64,000 nt of DNA from Salinispira sp. (GTDB lineage Bacteria; Spirochaetota; Spirochaetia; DSM-27196; Salinispiraceae), in contig OZ271918.1 of the NCBI GenBank assembly GCA_965602015.1, positions 2,560,001 to 2,624,000 of the forward strand, in the 5' to 3' direction. The notes below the pieces were generated by a model. That model had not been told where the DNA came from and ran no database searches. It worked only from the letters and a program-made list of their open reading frames with translations. Every line of letters starts with the position of its first letter. Position 1 is the stretch's first letter. The translations under genes were made by a program, and so were the position numbers. This document shows, piece after piece, positions 9,299-18,787 of this stretch.

Positions 9299-9872
9299 AT
9301 GCGCCGCCGCTCGCTGTGTTCAGCAAAGCCCATATCTGATCGCCGAGCATCCCGGCAGCGCAGCGGATGTCGCAGCCCAGGCGTTTGCGCACCAAGGCGT
9401 AACCCTGAACATAAGGCAGAAGCAGGGACGCCGCCCGGTGGACCGACGGAGAATCCGGATCGACGCCTCCTATTGCCCCGAGGGCCGCGCGGAAAATATC
9501 GTATAGGCCGCCGAAATACTCATCGAGTTTTTTGGTCATCCGCTTCTCATCCGCCAGGATGATAAGGGCCCGCATAAAGGGAATCTCCTCCTCTCCGGAC
9601 TCCTCTTCCAAAATATTGTGGATGAGAACGCTCAAGTCAGCTGCATCCCGAATTTCGACTGATTGCATTTCACCGAGGTCACGGGTGTACTCATAGCTAA
9701 ACCAGTCAAGCATGCCCTCCAACAAATCATCCCGCGTTTTGAAGTGATACTGAAGATTTCCCAAACTCATTCCGGCGGCCGACGCCACCTTCCTCATGGA
9801 AAAATCCCCGGCCCCGCCCTCAACAATTAATTGCCTGCCGGCGGCGATAATCGCCTGCTTCGTACTATCCAT
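9297..9872 (-). CDS. TetR/AcrR family regulator
   Basis: FSMRKVASAAGMSLGNLQYHFKTRDDL HTH. Confidence 0.92.
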   Translation of the reverse strand: MDSTKQAIIAAGRQLIVEGGAGDFSMRKVASAAGMSLGNLQYHFKTRDDLLEGMLDWFSYEYTRDLGEMQSVEIRDAADLSVLIHNILEEESGEEEIPFMRALIILADEKRMTKKLDEYFGGLYDIFRAALGAIGGVDPDSPSVHRAASLLLPYVQGYALVRKRLGCDIRCAAGMLGDQIWALLNTASGGA

Positions 9873-9899
9873 AAAAATATCATAATCTACTTGATTAAT

Positions 9900-9936
9900 T
9901 AGGTCAATCGACCTATATTTAGGTCAAGTGACCTAA
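9900..9936. promoter_or_regulatory. Tandem palindromic operators, probable TetR sites
   Basis: TAGGTC-aatc-GACCTA (9900-9915) and TTAGGTCA-ag-TGACCTAA (9919-9936) between divergent tetR and GNAT genes. Confidence 0.8.
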
Positions 9937-9946
9937 GGAGGGTACT

Positions 9947-10618
9947 ATGACATATCAAATCGATTCCTATCGAAAAGAATACTTTCACAGCTGCGTGGGA
10001 ATAATGGGCGACACCTGGAATTTCAATGAGTACTTCCCGGATTTACAGGTTGATAACCTGATAAACGAGCTGTTCTTTCAGAGCGCCATTATCGGAATGA
10101 ATTACTCCCAAGTCATCATCGATGAATGGGGGAATATTCACGGCTACCTTTTCGGAAAGCTGCCGGGCAGGAAATTCCGGCCGGTACGGACCTTCCTCAA
10201 TAATCTCCGGCTCGGCGCCCGGATACTCTACCATTACCTTGCGGGGAATTTCGGGAAGCGACGGGAGGCAAGCCAAATCCTCAAGAAGCTGCTGGAAGTC
10301 GAAGAGCGACTCAATGCGAAAAAATCTCCGGACCATGCCTACGTCGGATTATTTTTTGTCAGTTCGAGCCTGAGGGGAACGGGCTGGGGAAAGCGTCTGA
10401 TGGGGAATTTCGAAGAGGCGGCTGTACAGACCGGTTCATCGGGACTGTACCTCTGGACAGACCTTGGCTGCAATTACGGATTCTATGATCATTACGGGTT
10501 TTCCAGGGTCGTTGAGCTGGCGTCGCCGCTGCTGTCCAAATACACCGGAGGCATAAACGGTTTTGCCTATGAAAAACCCGTGGAGAGTAATTCCCGCGGG
10601 CTGCAGACAGGAGCATAA
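9947..10618 (+). CDS. GNAT family N-acetyltransferase
   Basis: FFVSSSLRGTGWGKRLM (motif A), NYGFYDHYGF; AAGGAGG RBS. Confidence 0.88.
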   Translation: MTYQIDSYRKEYFHSCVGIMGDTWNFNEYFPDLQVDNLINELFFQSAIIGMNYSQVIIDEWGNIHGYLFGKLPGRKFRPVRTFLNNLRLGARILYHYLAGNFGKRREASQILKKLLEVEERLNAKKSPDHAYVGLFFVSSSLRGTGWGKRLMGNFEEAAVQTGSSGLYLWTDLGCNYGFYDHYGFSRVVELASPLLSKYTGGINGFAYEKPVESNSRGLQTGA

Positions 10619-10647
10619 CGCCGTCCCGAATACGGGAGCAGCGGGGG

Positions 10648-11178
10648 CTAATTGGTTCGGGGCATATACGAGCCGGTGCTCGCTGCTCCCAGCTTGGGAA
10701 AACTCATGATTTCTTCAGTAGTATAGAGATTATCCAGGGGCTCGGGGCTTGGGACATAGTCCCGGCTTATTCCCGGGGAAAGCTCCCGCCTCCAGACATT
10801 TTTCTGATGAGTATCCTCGTAGGGGATTTTTTTTACCAGCTCGTAGGTCTTGCGGCGGTCTTTTACCTGTTCTTCGATAATGCCGAAGTTTCCGGCCCCG
10901 ATATATGCAACCCGTTGATTGGCCGCAAGCTCTTCCCGTTTGCTCAGGTGTTCTATCACCTTGTCGAATCTGCTGGGCTTGCCGCTGTCCGGGTCGGCTA
11001 TGGCCACGTAGATGTTGTCGATGGGCTCTCCGCTCAGGGGACAGGACTCGTATTCCCGGGGTTCGGGCTCAGGGGGCATGTAGACCCGGATTTCCCGGGG
11101 GACCTTCGGCATTTTCCGGGATTCGTTTCTGCCCCGGCGGCGCCGTCGGCGCGGTTTGTTGTTGTTTGATGAACTCAT
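10648..11178 (-). CDS. Conserved hypothetical protein, spirochaete-type, Arg-rich N-terminus
   Basis: MSSSNNNKPRRRRRR; CPLSGEPI...VAYIGAGNFGII...KKIPYE. Confidence 0.7.
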   Translation of the reverse strand: MSSSNNNKPRRRRRRGRNESRKMPKVPREIRVYMPPEPEPREYESCPLSGEPIDNIYVAIADPDSGKPSRFDKVIEHLSKREELAANQRVAYIGAGNFGIIEEQVKDRRKTYELVKKIPYEDTHQKNVWRRELSPGISRDYVPSPEPLDNLYTTEEIMSFPKLGAASTGSYMPRTN

Positions 11179-11259
11179 AGTCTTTTCCTGATCAGCGCCC
11201 GGCATACGCTCCGACGGAATGCACTGCACGCCTTCGCCGTACGCCGTGGCCGCCTGGCC

Positions 11260-12165
11260 CTATGCCTGAGCGGCCTTTTCAGCCAAAATAAGGGCTCCGG
11301 TGATTCCCGCCTGGTCTTCCAGCATGGGCGGCACAATGTAATCTTCACCGCCGTTTTTCACCGCGGGATGGTCTACATAGCCGTTTAATAAGCTGACGAC
11401 TTCCCGGCGGATTTTAGGAAACAACTGGCGCTGATGCATCACTCCGCCGCCTAAAATAATACGTTCGGGGCTTAAAATCAATATGTAGGCCATGAGGGCC
11501 TTGGCCAGGTAATGGGCTTCGATATCCCAGGCCTGATGATTTTCCGGAAGATCCTGAGCGGGACCCCCCCATCGCTTGAGGATCGCCGGCCCCGAGCACA
11601 TGCCCTCCACGCAATTGCCGTGATATGGGCAAATGCCGGGAAAATCATCTCCCTCCATGCGGTCAAGGAGCATATGCCCCACCTCCGGATGCACCAGCCC
11701 GTGTACCGGCGCCCCGTTGACGATAATGCCGCCGCCGACCCCGGTTCCCACCGTGATGTACATAAAAGTGCTCAGACCCTCGCCGGCTCCGTGCAGTCCC
11801 TCGCCCAGGGCCGCGGCGTTCACATCGGTGTCGAATGAAAGGGGAACCGACAGGGCCCGTGCGAAGGGACCGAGCAGGTCGACGTTCTGCCATCCCTTTT
11901 TTGGGGTGCTCGTAATATAGCCGTAGGTTTTTGATGAGGGGTGAAGATCGACGGGTCCGAATGCGCCGACCCCGATGGATGCCAGATTGCCGTGCTCCGG
12001 TGAAAAATCCCGCTGTGCCCGTTCAAAGAACTCGATGCTTCGGGCGATGGTCTGTTCGGGGTCAGTGGTGGGAAAGCGCTCTTCCCTGAGAATCTTCTCC
12101 GGCGAGCTGCCCACTGCGCAGACAAATTTTGTTCCCCCCGCTTCAATAGCTCCTAACATTGCCAT
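11260..12165 (-). CDS. ROK family kinase (fructokinase-like)
   Basis: GAIEAGGTKFVCAVG, DTDVNAAALGE, HPEVGH, CPYHGNCVEG. Confidence 0.92.
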   Translation of the reverse strand: MAMLGAIEAGGTKFVCAVGSSPEKILREERFPTTDPEQTIARSIEFFERAQRDFSPEHGNLASIGVGAFGPVDLHPSSKTYGYITSTPKKGWQNVDLLGPFARALSVPLSFDTDVNAAALGEGLHGAGEGLSTFMYITVGTGVGGGIIVNGAPVHGLVHPEVGHMLLDRMEGDDFPGICPYHGNCVEGMCSGPAILKRWGGPAQDLPENHQAWDIEAHYLAKALMAYILILSPERIILGGGVMHQRQLFPKIRREVVSLLNGYVDHPAVKNGGEDYIVPPMLEDQAGITGALILAEKAAQA

Positions 12166-12238
12166 GTATTATCCTCCAGTACATCGCGAATCCCGCCTCT
12201 TCTCCGGCGTTCCAATCGGCCGGCCTTATCTGCCGGCC

Positions 12239-13198
12239 TTATCTGCCGAGCACATCCAGGAGCACGGAGGGTTCGCTGGTCATAATTCCGTCAATTCCCA
12301 AATCCAGGAGCCAGGTCATTTCCTGTCTGTCATCGATGGTCCACGCATGGACCAGAACGTTGTTCGCCTCGGCTCCGCGCAAAAACCCCTCGGTGATTAC
12401 CGGCAATCTGCCCATGTCTATGGGCACCTGGAAAAACTCAGCGGCGGACGGGTATGCGCTGCCGAATCCCAGGAGATTCATAACATAAAAAACCGTTACT
12501 TCCCGCTGGCTGGCCGCGGTGGCTATTTCAGGATAGAGATCCCGAAGCAGTTTTAAATTGGAATCGTGGAACGAGGCGATAATGCTCAGGTTTTCCTGAT
12601 TGTAACGCCGAAGCAGATCTCCCACGGCCCGCACCGCTTCTGGGCTTTCGGGCTTGATTTCGATAATCTTGGGAACCTCGGGAAACTCGGCAAACACCTG
12701 CTCCAGCGACGGGATGACCAGCCCCTGCCGCCTGAAGGGAAACTCATCATCGCCGCGCTCGGCGCAGACCTCGCAGTCGGGTTTCCGTTCAAAAGGCCAC
12801 CACCAGCCGGCGTCAAAGACCTGCAGTTCCTGAAAGCTGTACTCCGACACCGCCCCTTCCCCGGAGGTCGTTCGGTACACATCCTCGTCGTGAATGACCA
12901 CCGGAATTCCGTCGGCGCTGAGGCGGACATCCATTTCGATGGCGTCCACGCCGGATTCCACCGCAGAGCGAAAGGCTTCCAGGGTATTTTCGGGATATTC
13001 GGCCTTACCGCCGCGATGGGCGATGACCTTCAGATTCAACTCTTGCACAGGATGGGGTTCCACCGGCGGCACCAACAGTCCCAGAATACCCTGAAGGAGA
13101 AAGTAGGCCGCCAGGACGATGGCGACTATTCTGAGCAGGCCCCGGGCCCGCTGCTGGGGGCTTTTAGCCGCCGGCGCGTCGTTCTGATCTTCACTCAT
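12239..13198 (-). CDS. Glycerophosphodiester phosphodiesterase, membrane anchored
   Basis: IAHRGG..PENTLEAF, EMDV, HD, WTIDD. Confidence 0.92.
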   Translation of the reverse strand: MSEDQNDAPAAKSPQQRARGLLRIVAIVLAAYFLLQGILGLLVPPVEPHPVQELNLKVIAHRGGKAEYPENTLEAFRSAVESGVDAIEMDVRLSADGIPVVIHDEDVYRTTSGEGAVSEYSFQELQVFDAGWWWPFERKPDCEVCAERGDDEFPFRRQGLVIPSLEQVFAEFPEVPKIIEIKPESPEAVRAVGDLLRRYNQENLSIIASFHDSNLKLLRDLYPEIATAASQREVTVFYVMNLLGFGSAYPSAAEFFQVPIDMGRLPVITEGFLRGAEANNVLVHAWTIDDRQEMTWLLDLGIDGIMTSEPSVLLDVLGR

Positions 13199-14118
13199 TC
13201 CTGAGGCTCCGGGGTTTTCTGAAATTTGGATTTTCTGTCGCTGCCGAGAAAAAACGCCGCGGCAAACCCGACGATCAGGGCGAGAACCGAGGTCAGGCCG
13301 GACATATCAAAACTGAAGCCCGGCCACAGAACTGCGGCTGAACCGAGAACCAGTCCCACTATGCCGAAATACGCATGGCCGTGAAATCTATCCAGGAGCC
13401 AGGCAATGACCTTGGAGACGATGAGCAGACCCAAAAGCGCGCCGACCATAAACACGGCGATTACCGGAAGATTCCCCTCGGTGAACATTTTAATAAAGGT
13501 GGCGTACATGCCGATGAGCAGCATCAGAAAGGATCCGCTGACTCCGGGCACCACCATGGTACCCACGGCAATCATCCCGACGAAGATGAGGATGAAGGCA
13601 TTAGACAGGCTCACCTCGCGAATGACCTGCTGGGTGGCTATGAGGCTGTCGCGGTTGCCGATTTGGGCGTTTACCACCGCCATCCAGATAAGCAACGCGG
13701 CTCCGAGAATGAGCGGGATGACATAGGTCCAGCGGAATTCGGTTTTCCCGCTCTGCTTTATGAGAAACGGCAGACTTCCGAAGATCAGTCCGATAAACAG
13801 GAATTGGGTCTGCATGGGGGCCCGCTCGGAAAGGGATTCAATGATGTTGGCAAAGCCCACCAGTCCCAGAAAAAGTCCGATAACAACGGGAACCAGGATG
13901 GGCAGGGCGGAGGCAATGCGCTGCTTCCAGCTCTTGTCGCGGGTAAAAATCGAAGCGATTCCGTCGCCGATTGCCCCGAATGCGCCGATAAGGGGCTCGT
14001 AAATACCAGTTATTACCGCAATGGTTCCCCCGCTTACTCCGGGGATTGCATTGGCCATTCCGATGAACATGCCTTTCAGGCCGTTAATCAACCAGGACAA
14101 CCCGGTTTTTTTACTCAT
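13195..14118 (-). CDS. DUF368 membrane protein (undecaprenyl-phosphate translocase family)
   Basis: GMANAIPGVSGGTIA and MVVPGVSGSFLML repeats. Confidence 0.9.
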   Translation of the reverse strand: MSKKTGLSWLINGLKGMFIGMANAIPGVSGGTIAVITGIYEPLIGAFGAIGDGIASIFTRDKSWKQRIASALPILVPVVIGLFLGLVGFANIIESLSERAPMQTQFLFIGLIFGSLPFLIKQSGKTEFRWTYVIPLILGAALLIWMAVVNAQIGNRDSLIATQQVIREVSLSNAFILIFVGMIAVGTMVVPGVSGSFLMLLIGMYATFIKMFTEGNLPVIAVFMVGALLGLLIVSKVIAWLLDRFHGHAYFGIVGLVLGSAAVLWPGFSFDMSGLTSVLALIVGFAAAFFLGSDRKSKFQKTPEPQE

Positions 14119-14178
14119 GTGCCACCTCTTTCTGTGTGTATGCTAAAGGCCCATTGTACATGGAGAGCGGCGGCTTTG

Positions 14179-15159
14179 TCAGCGTTGGCGGTCAAGCAGG
14201 TCCTTTACCTTGTCCGCGAAGCTCCGGGATACATTGCGTTCGAGAAAAATCAGAGAATCTGCGGGTCCCCGCAGGGTTCCCTGGATTCCCCCGTCCTGCT
14301 CGGCCATTTCCAGGCGCCTGAGGGCCAGCAGGGCATATTCCTCTTCAAGCTCCCCGCCGCAGAAGGGTCTGCCGAGCTTTTTCGCCACCGCGGCGGTGGT
14401 TCCCGACCCCAGGAAGGGATCGAATACCAGGCCGCCGGGCCTGAGGGAGGCGAGAATAATCCGGGCAAGGAGCTTTTCCGGTTTTTGAGTGGGATGCTCG
14501 GTATTTTCCCTCATGGACCAGAAGGGAACCGTCAGATCGTTCCAGAAATTCCCCGGATAGGTGAGCCGCCGGGCAATGCCGCCCTCCTCAACCCAATCCT
14601 TCGGCACTCCGCCGCTTCGGTAGGGAGCCCTGACTTCCCGGAGAATTTTAACCGCTTCCACGTCAAAAAAGTAATCATCCCGGACGGTGGCGAACCAGAT
14701 ATCCTCATGGCTGTTCTTCCAGTTGCTGCGGGCTCCCCTGCCCTTCTCCCGCTCCCAGCATATGCGGTTTTGAATGATAAATCCCTCATTCAGGAGCTCC
14801 TGAATAATCGCCCCGCCCCTCCAGTCTCCGCAGAGATACAGGCTGCCGCTGTCGGTCAATATCCGTCGGAATTCGGTGAGAAACGGCGCCAACCACTGCC
14901 GGTACTCCGCAGGATCGTCAATGTTAAACAGGCGGCTCCCGTATTGCTTGCGCAGCCCCGCATAGGGCGGATCGGCGAAAATCAGGTCCGCCGATTTATC
15001 CGGCAGGGACCGGCACAGGTCCAGGGAATCGCCGCGGAAGATCCGGTTTTCAAAGCTCTCCCGACGGCCTGCCTCGACCTCCGCCGCCGTCCGCAGCTGT
15101 GCCTTCAGGCGCATACGGTCATCGTCGGAAAGAGTGATGCTGCGGTTCCGGTCAGCCAT
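14179..15159 (-). CDS. Orphan DNA N6-adenine/N4-cytosine methyltransferase, beta class
   Basis: IFADPPY precedes HPTQKPE and DPFLGSGTT; start moved to ATG 15159, which overlaps the mnmD stop. Confidence 0.88.
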   Translation of the reverse strand: MADRNRSITLSDDDRMRLKAQLRTAAEVEAGRRESFENRIFRGDSLDLCRSLPDKSADLIFADPPYAGLRKQYGSRLFNIDDPAEYRQWLAPFLTEFRRILTDSGSLYLCGDWRGGAIIQELLNEGFIIQNRICWEREKGRGARSNWKNSHEDIWFATVRDDYFFDVEAVKILREVRAPYRSGGVPKDWVEEGGIARRLTYPGNFWNDLTVPFWSMRENTEHPTQKPEKLLARIILASLRPGGLVFDPFLGSGTTAAVAKKLGRPFCGGELEEEYALLALRRLEMAEQDGGIQGTLRGPADSLIFLERNVSRSFADKVKDLLDRQR

Positions 15160-15952
15160 CGAGGGTTTTTCCCCTGTAAGTAGCAGCAACCATGTGGCGT
15201 TTTCTGCCATAGCCCGGCCGGCGGGCGACAAAAAAATCCGCGGCGCGCAGCCCCTGTTTTACCTGACCGGCGGCGCTGTAGGTCGCCAGGCTGGTTCCGC
15301 TTCGGCTGAGCGAAGCGCAATGGGCGAACACATGGGTGGTCCACATGTCCGGATTACGCGAAGGGTTGTGACCGTCCAGGTAGATGGCGTCGGCGCTGAT
15401 GCCCCGTTGGAGCAAATCGGAGAAAAAATCCATGACATCGCCGTAATACACCTGCAGGTCCATGTTCAAGCCCCCCCGGCTCCATTCAGCGCCGTACCAG
15501 CGGCCCTGGCCGGCGGGAACCGGCAGAGTCGGCAGCAGCTCCCAAAAAGTCTCGACAAATTTATTGCTAATCACCTCGTCGGCATCACCTCTGGCATCAC
15601 CTCTGGCATCACCTCTGGTATGACCTATGAGGTCTGCACCGGCGCGGCTTATCTCATCGCCCAGAAGAATAGCAGCGTCCCCCGGCATCGGCGGATTATT
15701 GTCCACCGAGAAAAAGCGTATTGTGCCCTGAATACCCTCGGAGAGCCGGCGGGCAAGGCAGAATGTCGTCAGGGCGTTCAAGCCGGTGCCGTAGCCGGTT
15801 TCAATGATGTTGAACCGGGAATCCGGTGAGTTCAGGTCCGCCGGAAGCCGCCGGTGAAGATCATTCCCGTAGAAAAAGACATGCGCGCTTTCTTTTATCC
15901 CCTCACCCGGAGTAAAATAACAGTCGGCATAACGGGAATTCCAGTTTTCCAT
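15152..15952 (-). CDS. mnmD: tRNA (mnm5s2U34) methyltransferase, standalone MnmC N-terminal domain
   Basis: ESAHVFFYGN, IIETGYGTGLN, AIYLDGHNPSRNPDMW, ATYSAAG, PGYGRKRHM. Confidence 0.88.
   Translation of the reverse strand: MENWNSRYADCYFTPGEGIKESAHVFFYGNDLHRRLPADLNSPDSRFNIIETGYGTGLNALTTFCLARRLSEGIQGTIRFFSVDNNPPMPGDAAILLGDEISRAGADLIGHTRGDARGDARGDADEVISNKFVETFWELLPTLPVPAGQGRWYGAEWSRGGLNMDLQVYYGDVMDFFSDLLQRGISADAIYLDGHNPSRNPDMWTTHVFAHCASLSRSGTSLATYSAAGQVKQGLRAADFFVARRPGYGRKRHMVAATYRGKTLDG
15581..15618. repeat. In-frame 12-bp tandem repeat (GGCATCACCTCT x3) inside mnmD
   Basis: Copies at 15581, 15593 and 15605; encodes (RGDA)3. Confidence 0.9.
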
Positions 15953-15997
15953 CAGACCATTGTAGCCCTCCTGTCCGGAGTGCACAACGGAGGTATC

Positions 15998-16198
15998 ATG
16001 CAGAAAGCAGCCATCTACGTCCGAGTCGTAACCGAGCAGATCCCCGAAGCGCAGCGAGAGAAACTCGCCTTCCGTGATGACCGGAACTACCTGGTCATCG
16101 CCGTGGATTCGGAGAAAAACCGCATGCTGCTGCCTGATGACTATAATAAAATGGTGTGGATTCCCATGTCGGTTCTGCGTTTCGTAAAAATCAGTTAA
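15998..16198 (+). CDS. Small hypothetical protein (66 aa)
   Basis: GGAGG RBS before ATG 15998; MQKAAIYVRVV...LRFVKIS. Confidence 0.7.
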   Translation: MQKAAIYVRVVTEQIPEAQREKLAFRDDRNYLVIAVDSEKNRMLLPDDYNKMVWIPMSVLRFVKIS

Positions 16199-16269
16199 AT
16201 CCCCTCCCTCCAGACCATATTCTCTTCCGACTGAACTACACTTGAAGTATCCATGCCACAGGAGGAAAT

Positions 16270-16944
16270 ATGGACCACAAGATTGAAAACGGACCGGTGT
16301 TCAGCACCCTGCACCTCACACTTCACACCGGAGAGTCGGTAATCGGCGAGGCCGGTTCGATGATCGCCATGACCCCCAGCGTAGAGCTCAAGGCGAAAAC
16401 CACGGGAAAAGGCGTTTTCGGCGCGGTTAAATCAATGATTGGCGGAGAATCGCTCTTTTCCACAACCTATACCGCCACGGAGAACAACTCGGAGGTGGTA
16501 CTCGCCCCGTCCAGCCCGGGGGATATAGTCCATTTCTCACTGAGCGGAAAGAAGATTTTTGCCCAGGGTGGAGCCTACCTGGCCGGCAGCAGCGGTCTTG
16601 AACTGGGAACCCAGGGTTCGCTTCGGGGGGCGTTGATGGGCGAGGGCCTCTTTCTCCAGACCATCAGCGGAAACGGAGACGTCTGGCTGTCGAGCTACGG
16701 CGCGGTATTCGTCAAAGAACTCGGTCCGGGCGAAGAGTACTCGGTGGATAACGGAAACCTGGTGGCCTTCGAGGACGGAGTCAGCTATACCATCAAAAAG
16801 GCCGCCAAGGGACTATTTTCAACCTTCGCAAGCGGTGAAGGCTTTGTCAGCCGGTTCAAGGGACCGGGCAAAGTCTGGCTGCAGACCCGAAGCATTCAGG
16901 GCTTTGCCGCAGTGCTCATGCCCTTTATCCAGAAAAAAAACTAA
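16270..16944 (+). CDS. AIM24/TIGR00266 family protein
   Basis: GEAGSMIAM, GGESLF, VDNGNLVAF, SGEGFVSRFKGPGKVWLQTRS. Confidence 0.92.
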   Translation: MDHKIENGPVFSTLHLTLHTGESVIGEAGSMIAMTPSVELKAKTTGKGVFGAVKSMIGGESLFSTTYTATENNSEVVLAPSSPGDIVHFSLSGKKIFAQGGAYLAGSSGLELGTQGSLRGALMGEGLFLQTISGNGDVWLSSYGAVFVKELGPGEEYSVDNGNLVAFEDGVSYTIKKAAKGLFSTFASGEGFVSRFKGPGKVWLQTRSIQGFAAVLMPFIQKKN

Positions 16945-17498
16945 AACTCATCCCCGGCTGAGCGAACCATGCGGGAAAACGTGGAGCGCAGCAGTCCCGA
17001 GGAAAAGTTCCGAAGGGCAAATGCGGTAAGCCGGTTCCGGCCGTCATAGACGGTTCGGGACCGGTATTCCACCCGGGAACCCGTCGGCCCCTCGGGGTAG
17101 ACGTGGTAATGCCCGTCATTGGACAGCACCTTCCCGTCCAAAGACTCTTCCAATCCCCAGCGCAATTCCAGACGCTCATCAGTCCTGCCTTCGGTATAAG
17201 AAATCACCATATCGGTGTAGTCCGTCAGGATGGAAAACCCCACCCCGTAACGGTGGCGTACCAGCCAGGAATCGCCGTTGTCTTCCAACACTTCGACCTC
17301 CCTCAGGGTCGGATCTCCGTCCATCACCTCACGCGTACTGCGCCTCAGGGTCCGATACATGGTTTCAGGGCTCACATCAGAGGTAAAAATCAGGGTGAAT
17401 TCACCGGCCACCGAATTTTCCAGGGATTCGACATCGACGCGAACATCGTGCATGGTAAAAGCGGGCAGTACAAAGAGGGCTAAAAGTAGAGACTTCAC
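16941..17498 (-). CDS. Exported SRPBCC/START-like protein
   Basis: Signal-like N-terminus (GTG 17498); beta-rich core NDGHYHVYPEGPTGSRVEY and a long C-terminal helix. Confidence 0.55.
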   Translation of the reverse strand: MKSLLLALFVLPAFTMHDVRVDVESLENSVAGEFTLIFTSDVSPETMYRTLRRSTREVMDGDPTLREVEVLEDNGDSWLVRHRYGVGFSILTDYTDMVISYTEGRTDERLELRWGLEESLDGKVLSNDGHYHVYPEGPTGSRVEYRSRTVYDGRNRLTAFALRNFSSGLLRSTFSRMVRSAGDEF

Positions 17499-17551
17499 AA
17501 TGCTATACTCTATGCCATTACGATCAGCGATACAAGCAATAGGGGATATGG

Positions 17552-18787
17552 ATGACAACTGCACAACTGGAGCGCTATGCCGAACTGGTTCTGTTCGGAG
17601 TGGGATCGGTCAAGGGTCAAAACGTGGTAATTCAACTGGAGCTTCCGGGTCTGGAGCTCGCAAGAGCCCTGGCCGAGCTTTGCTACCAGCGCGGAGCCCG
17701 ATTGGTCGAGTACCTTTTTCAGGACAACTATCTAAAAAAGGCCCGCATTCTTCACGGCGGTGAGGATGCCCTCGGCGCCCTGTCGCCATGGACCGCTGAG
17801 ATGATGAAGCGCTTTGCCGACGGCAGCTGGACCCGCATTAATATCCGGGCAAGCGAGGACGATTTTATCAACCGGGAGCTCCCCGCGGACAGGAGCGCGG
17901 TATACGCCAAAGCCCTGGCCGGGGTGAGCGGGAATTTACGGAGAAAATCCCTTACCTTCCGCATACCCTGGATCATCGTTCTGGTGCCCACCCGGGAAAA
18001 GGCCCGGGAAGCATTTCCAAATCTCGACGTGGAGGAGGCATTCCGGCGGTATGAGAACGGAATTATCAATGTGCTCAAACTGGACGATGATCCGCTGGCC
18101 TATTGGCAACGCAGTTTTGCCGAGCTGGACAGGCGCAAACGCCGCTTTAACGAGCTTGGGTTAACCAGCCTGCGCTTCCGGGACGGGGACAGCGATTTGA
18201 GCATGGACCTGATTCCCGGCGGAAGCTGGGCCACCGCCGAACAGCGGCTGCCCGACGGTTCGCCGGTGCGGGTGAATATTCCCAGCTGCGAGATATACAC
18301 GAGCCCCCGGCGCGAGGGGGTGAACGGGAGAATCACGGTAACCAAACCCTTTATTCCCGTGCGAATTCCCGGCGAGGTAATTCGGGGCGCCTGGTTCGAG
18401 TTCCGCGAGGGCAAGGCAGTGGATTTCGGGGCGGAAAGCGGAAGGGAAACCCTGAAGGCCCTGGTGGAAATGGACGATAACGCCGGCTATCTTGGCGAGG
18501 TGGCCCTGGTGGACCGCAGTTCCCCGGTTGCCGCGCAAAACTTTCTGTTTCACAGCATCCTCTACGATGAAAACGCCGCAAGTCACATAGCCATTGGGGG
18601 AGGTTTTCCCAGTCTTGTAGAGGGAATGTCCGAGGCCTCGGAAAGCGAGCTGATAGCCGCCGGAATAAACCAGAGCATCCAGCATCAGGATATGATGATC
18701 GGCAGCACAACCATGGAAGTGACCGGAGTTGACCGCTTTGGGAAGGAAATTCTGCTTATGAAAGACGGGAGCTTTGTGGAGGCATAA
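17552..18787 (+). CDS. M29 aminopeptidase (AmpS/PepS-like)
   Basis: NIPSCEIYTSP, LGEVALV, ILYDENAASHIAIG, NQSIQHQDMMIG. Confidence 0.92.
   Translation: MTTAQLERYAELVLFGVGSVKGQNVVIQLELPGLELARALAELCYQRGARLVEYLFQDNYLKKARILHGGEDALGALSPWTAEMMKRFADGSWTRINIRASEDDFINRELPADRSAVYAKALAGVSGNLRRKSLTFRIPWIIVLVPTREKAREAFPNLDVEEAFRRYENGIINVLKLDDDPLAYWQRSFAELDRRKRRFNELGLTSLRFRDGDSDLSMDLIPGGSWATAEQRLPDGSPVRVNIPSCEIYTSPRREGVNGRITVTKPFIPVRIPGEVIRGAWFEFREGKAVDFGAESGRETLKALVEMDDNAGYLGEVALVDRSSPVAAQNFLFHSILYDENAASHIAIGGGFPSLVEGMSEASESELIAAGINQSIQHQDMMIGSTTMEVTGVDRFGKEILLMKDGSFVEA

Noticed and set aside
14179..15159. Restriction-modification system
   Set aside because: No endonuclease or specificity gene adjacent.
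13375..15183. 602-aa plus-strand ORF
   Set aside because: Antisense shadow across the DUF368 and MTase genes; no motifs; expected in GC-rich DNA.
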